A DNA stretch of 63,999 bases, the filler included, from Gonapodya sp. JEL0774 (taxonomy: Eukaryota): NCBI GenBank assembly GCA_027604505.1. It is 6 parts of 6 records of this genome, joined end to end, with 100 filler letters (N's around TTAATTAATTAA, not from the genome) between each part and the next. Parts side by side here need not be neighbours in the genome. Positions count along the whole stretch, not along the records: positions 55,598 to 63,999 come from JADIIX010000454.1; 5 more parts are not named here. One strand, written 5' to 3'. Of the stretch, positions 59,031-63,999 are shown piece after piece. The notes below the pieces were generated by a model that made no database searches, was not told the origin of the DNA, and saw only the letters and a program-made list of their open reading frames with translations. The position numbers and the translations under genes are program-made. Each line of letters opens with the position of its first letter. The first letter of the stretch is position 1.

Positions 59031-60047
59031 TGGGGAAAGTCACAGTGTCGACCCGACTGGGGGGACAAGGGGAGAAACCACGGGTGGGAACGACGCAATC
59101 GGTGGTTGGTGACGTCACTCTGATGTGATGCGAGTGTCCGTTTGTTCTTCCGTCCGTTGTTACCGATCCATGAGTGTCCCGGGGGAATGTGAAGTCGGTA
59201 AACCGAAGGCCGGCTAAACTGGTAACAACGAACATATTCCCGTCATTACATTAATATGATGGATACTTCTCAAGCAGCACGTGAACACCCTTCTTTATAT
59301 TTGGCACCAAAGATACACGAACTGACCAATTGACTTGCCAGGAGTCCGTCCGTTCGTGATCGGTGCAATGTCCTTGTTGTTGCTGGTGTTTTCCCAACGC
59401 CGTACACGTCTTTGGTGTATAATGACGAAAAGACCTTATCGTATGCATACCAGGACATAATATCCGACGATGCGGTGAATAACAAGCTGGGATATACAAC
59501 ACGGCTTTTGTATCGACCTCCCGCGTATTCGTCGGGCATTTCCATTCTCTTTTGTTCCACCTACACTGGCTTGGCCCTGTATGCGCCGCTCAGTTATGAT
59601 TGAGAGTACTGGTTCCATTTTTGCTCTCCAACATGTGCTGGCACGTACGTGTTGTCCGAGCAACGGAGTTTGTGACGTCACCGACGAGCACACGTCATCG
59701 GTCACGCACACTTCGAACCACCAAACCCTGCTCTTCACGCGAGTGCCAGAAGACCGAGTACGCAATGCTCAATACCAGTATCATCAGTTTAAGCTCGGGC
59801 ACCTCCGCCTTGAATTCTGGCTTTGCTCTCTTCGGTGGCATAGATATGAGACTGTATGCGCACCTTTCTGGGCAGGCGCAAAATATGGTACGGAATGTTA
59901 CACAGTCACCACTTTCTTATTTTGCTCATGCTTGGTCGGCTCTAAAAGAGTAGCAATAACATATACTTAATCATCACTAAGTGACTCTCCAAACTAGTTT
60001 TTTACATCTGGGCTTTACCCCATGTGTATGATTGTTGTGTTGGTCAT

Positions 60048-62888
60048 TCATTGTCCGGCGGCAGCTTTCCTCTTGGCCATTTTCTTTGCCAACTCGCTCA
60101 TCATATCCCCTCCTCCTGCGTTTGGACTCCCAGCTTTGGGAGTGGACGCTTCTCGAGGAGGTGCGGCTGCCAATGAAGGTGTGGTAGAAGGTTGACTAGA
60201 ACCGTTGGCAGCTCCAGTGGACTTTTTGAGACGCGCCGCAGCAATCTGAGCTGCAAGGCTTCCCGCAGGAGGTGATTCCTCAGTTCCATCATCTGTAGTG
60301 CTCGCTGAGGGCCCCGATGGCGGTGGCGGCGGCGGTGGTGGTGGCCCTCCACTTTTTGCTACAGATCCTGGGATGGGTGGTGGTGGGGGAGGTGGGGGTG
60401 GCGGTCCCCCGCCTGTTGGAGGGTTCTGCAGAGAACTTGAGGGAGTTTTGAGTGAAGGTCCGGTGGGAGGAGCGGGTGGTGGGGATGGAGGCGAAGGACC
60501 ACCAGATGCCTGTTGTCCCCTTTTCGCAGCCGACTTTGATGTTCCCATGGGTGGAGGCGGTGGGGGTGGTGGTGGCGGCGGAGCGCCTCCTGACGACGAT
60601 TGAGATGCAGTTGATGTCCCTTTTGGAGCTGCTCTGGACACACCTGGTGGCGGGGGAGGTGGTGGAGGGGAAGGGGGACCACCGGACGACGCGATAGGGC
60701 TTGGTAAGGGAACTGGACCCAAGTTCTTGGAGCCGGAATCACTGATCCCAGCTTTCATTTTCACGGTGACTGAACCGGGCGGAGGTGGAGGCGGTGGGGG
60801 CATTGGCGGGCCGCCGTTCGAAGGCGTGTTCGAGGTTGGCGGAGCAGAACCAGCGAGCTTGCCTCCTTTCGCGCCGCCCGATGGAGGTGGGGGAGGCGGA
60901 GGGGGCGGTGGCGGCCCACTCCGAGATGGTGGTGGCGATTCGCTTTCATTTTCATGATTGGGATGCGAGGAACCTCTACCCACAGTCCCTATTCGATCTC
61001 GTGAGGACGATGATCCGACTGATCCCGAAAGCCCGGCATCGTCCATCTCATCGCAGCTTCCCATGANNNNNNNNNNNNNNNNNNNNNNNNNNNNNNNNNN
61101 NNNNNNNNNNNNNNNNNNNNNNNNNNNNNNNNNNNNNNNNNNNNNNNNNNNNNNNNNNNNNNNGGACATTTGCTTGTGGTGCGAACCCAGTGAAGAGGGT
61201 ACTGGCGGTGGTGGTGAACTCCCATCTTCCGCTACGCTCATCTGCTCCTGATCCACGCTCTTTGCAATGACTTGCTTCCGTTTCGCGAGAAGTTGTGCCG
61301 CAAGAGAACCTGGCGCAGGAGCTTCTTCGCTGTCGTGGGAGTCGGTGGGAAGAGGTGTTTGTGCTGGTAGAGAGGGACTGGCGACGCTCTTGGTGAGTTT
61401 GGATCCGCCAGGTGCGGGAGGTGGGGGTGGAGGTGGAGGTGGACTTCCAACGCTCGCGCTTGCACCTCCAAGAGCTTCTTCGCTTCGAGTAGCAAGTAAG
61501 TCCGCCGAGCTCGACCCTGGAGTGTTGCTGCCCGAAGTGACAAACGACCCTTTACTCGCACCACCGAGTTCGTCGGCACTCCCACCCCTGACGGGACCTT
61601 TGCCTCCCTGCCCTGGTTTCGTCAGCGTTGCTCCGCGTGCACGCCCAGTGAGTTGCGCTCGAGGTGGTGGGGCGTCACGGAGGGCACGGGATGCGGAGGA
61701 TTCGCCGCGGGGTCGGCCGGTGGAAGGGAGGAGACCGGCGCCACCGAGTGCGGAGCCGGAAGTCATCGTGCCGTGGAGGGTGCCGTTTGCAGATATTGGA
61801 GATGAGGAAGGGGATCTGGAGTGCTGCGCAGAGCCTATTCCCAATGACCCGACCAACTGGGACCCTGTAGAGGCACGGTTGGTGAGTGTGGAGAAGGCGG
61901 AAGACAGTGAAGGTGCAGGGAAGTCATCGAGGCCGTCTGAGGAGGCGAGTTGAGTGAGTGCGTATTCTTTGCGAGCGATGTCGTTGGTGATTTTCTCGAG
62001 TTGCTGAGCAAATATAAATCGAATACATGACACAAGGAGACGGGCATTCGACCATCACAGCCTCACCCTTGTTACCGCATCTGGCATATCCGTGTTCGCA
62101 AATGGCTCTAGTGTTTGTGCGAGGTATGCCTTGAGCAGCTCAATCTCCTTGCGGATCAGCTCCCCCTTGAACTCGTTCGCATCTCTCGCCCTTGCCTCCA
62201 AATTCAACGCCCACGATGTCCGATCCGTGTCCGAAGAGCATTGCAAGAGGTGGGAGGATCCGTCGGTGCCGGTGATGCGGAGAATGTGTTCCCGTTTGCC
62301 GTCTTTGTATTGCGCAAGGGGGGCGACGACGGTGTCGTTGAGAGATATAAGCGATGTGGGAGACTTGTTGGCGGTGTACTATGGGGGGTCAAATCAGCAG
62401 TAGAATGTCAGAGTCAGGGATCCGAGGTTTGTCTTTCCAACGAGAGTTTGGTTCCCTGGTCCTCCCCCAATCCTGCTGCTATGCGCGAGCAATGTGCTGG
62501 CAGCACGTTCAACCCTGCATCCGAAACTTTTCACGCCGTACGTCTGCCGTTGGCATAAAGAATACCGGTTGGTCATTTTCACTGCCCAACTTACATCTTT
62601 CTCCTTGTCAAACACGAACAGCAAGTTGCCCTTGATCACCACAAACACCTGCTTCCATGATCTCTCCTTTGACGGTGTGACTCGATTGATCATGTCCTGC
62701 TTCATTTCCAGTGTCCCGGTTCTGTAGACTTTGTCCTCCTGCAAGTGATTTGTTCCTCCATTCATTCTGGACAGCGTGGCGGCTGCCGAGACGGCCGAGT
62801 TTGCCGAAGAAGGTGAAGTCGCGGAAGATGGAGAAGAGGGGGAATTCGTGGAGAATGGAGATGCCGAAGGTGAAAGTGGTGAAGGCAT
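60048..62888 (-). CDS. PH-domain, polyproline-rich actin regulator with VASP/WH2-like C-terminal motifs
   Basis: Exons 62888-62595, 62378-62067 and 62003-60048 (internal N gap 61067-61163); PH motifs RTGTLEMK..RSWKQVFVVIKGNLLFVF..HLLQCSSDTDRTSW; multiple poly-Pro runs; SLAAQIAAARLKK and GGGDMMSELAKKMAKRK. Confidence 0.8.
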
Positions 62889-63259
62889 TTCTGGTAACTT
62901 TTACCAGTTCGACCGGGGATTCGACTGTCTTTAGAAGTGGAATCAACGGTGGCGACTGCAAATTCCAGATGGGATTTGTTCACGATGTCGATTGAATGTG
63001 CATGCAAGTGAAGGGTGGAGGTGGTGTGGGGGAGTGAACACATCAAGCACCACCATCAAGAACAGAGATCAGGAACTTATTCGCAAATCCTGACTCAAAT
63101 TACCCATTCGCCGATCGAATATATTACTAACATTAATGCGCTTTCAATACCAAACATCATATGATTGACCAAGGGGGCTGCTAGTTTGAATTGGCAGGAA
63201 AGCTTATCAACATTACATGCATATGCCCATGTGCATGACCACCACAGAGGAGCTCTACG

Positions 63260-63999
63260 TCAAAAACCACCAGGAATGGGTTCTGGGTCAATAGCCGCAA
63301 AGCTGATTCCCGTCGATTTCAGCGTGCGGACGGACACCTGAATGAGGTTGAGGGTATGATAGTTGAAACTCGAGCTCATATTTGTTCTCGCATTGCGAGG
63401 TGACACTCACCAACGTAGTAAGAGGTTTCAGCACTATGTTAAATATGTTGAGAACGAGTGAGAACGTGCCCACGTTCCCATTAGAGATGTAAAACATAAT
63501 GTCCACGACCAGAGAGAGGGCGAACAACAAGCTGGAGGACGCGAGCGTCACTTCACCGTAATAGCGAGTTCCCTCTCTAAATGTGTTCGCATCTCACTTG
63601 AAAGCCCGAATCAACTGCTCCGGAATCTCGCTGAAACGACTCTGATGGGCAAGGTAGAGTCCAAAAACTATCCCATTTTAGAGACGTGAGATTCTCCGTT
63701 AGAACATCGAGTCAATTGTGAGGCAACTGTTGCCTCACCAGCTACATAATGCATTCGAAGAATCGGTCAATCAGGTGTCGCGAATCACTTCGCAAGATTT
63801 GGACGACGGATGAACTCACCGAGCGCAATATTATAAGACGCCGGCGACGGAGCCACAGCACCAAACACTACGGACGAGATTGAATTCCAGAATGTGTCGT
63901 CAGATGATGTTCTTTGACCATGTCAAGACCGAGGTTTTGCGTGCAGCTGTTCATGCAACTCGGCCTTGGGCGCAACGTACTTTCCAGTCCGATGTGAGC
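63260..63999 (-). CDS. Small multi-TM protein, AGTRAP-like, multi-exon, 5' end outside window
   Basis: Spliced: AHIGLEMFGAVAPSPASYNIALAVFGLYLA..FNLLFALSLVVDIMF..FSLVLNIFNIVLKPLTTL..PIPGGF*. Confidence 0.65.

Noticed and set aside
59256..59970. Possible small plus-strand spliced gene between the golgin and PH genes
   Set aside because: Open frames and splice-like sites exist, but I could not build a phase-consistent model or recognise a domain.

Overview
Eukaryotic, intron-rich, fungal-type DNA; a zoosporic (chytrid-grade) fungus is my inference from gene content. The window is not one locus. It is six short scaffolds joined by identical 100-nt N/TTAATTAATTAA spacers; the first five are about 11 kb in descending length order and the sixth is cut by the window, so adjacency across spacers means nothing. 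Scaffold 1: PMC1-type Ca2+-ATPase, a CACTG-ended non-autonomous transposon with a 3-bp TSD, and two tandem F-box/ankyrin paralogs. Scaffold 2: a transposase relic, a duplicated-ankyrin/SH3 protein, a truncated epimerase, and a sugar porter divergent from a bacterial-type (Caulobacter XylB-like) aldose dehydrogenase with two introns. Scaffold 3: 2-hydroxyacid dehydrogenase (partial), OCT1, a Cys-rich F-box protein, a CAR/Git3-like GPCR and an acyl-CoA synthetase. Scaffold 4: an atypical DFN/SPQ kinase, a calcyphosin-like protein and an OCIA-like membrane protein. Scaffold 5: one unusual Ty3/Gypsy retrotransposon with a ~900-aa PR-RT insert carrying two extra RT-thumb-like modules, a PHD-finger integrase and an extra coiled-coil ORF. 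Scaffold 6: a golgin-like protein, a PH/polyproline/VASP-like actin regulator and an AGTRAP-like gene with a probable 3-nt microexon. The Gypsy element is the best candidate for an undescribed system. All family assignments come from motif recognition by eye; no searches were run.
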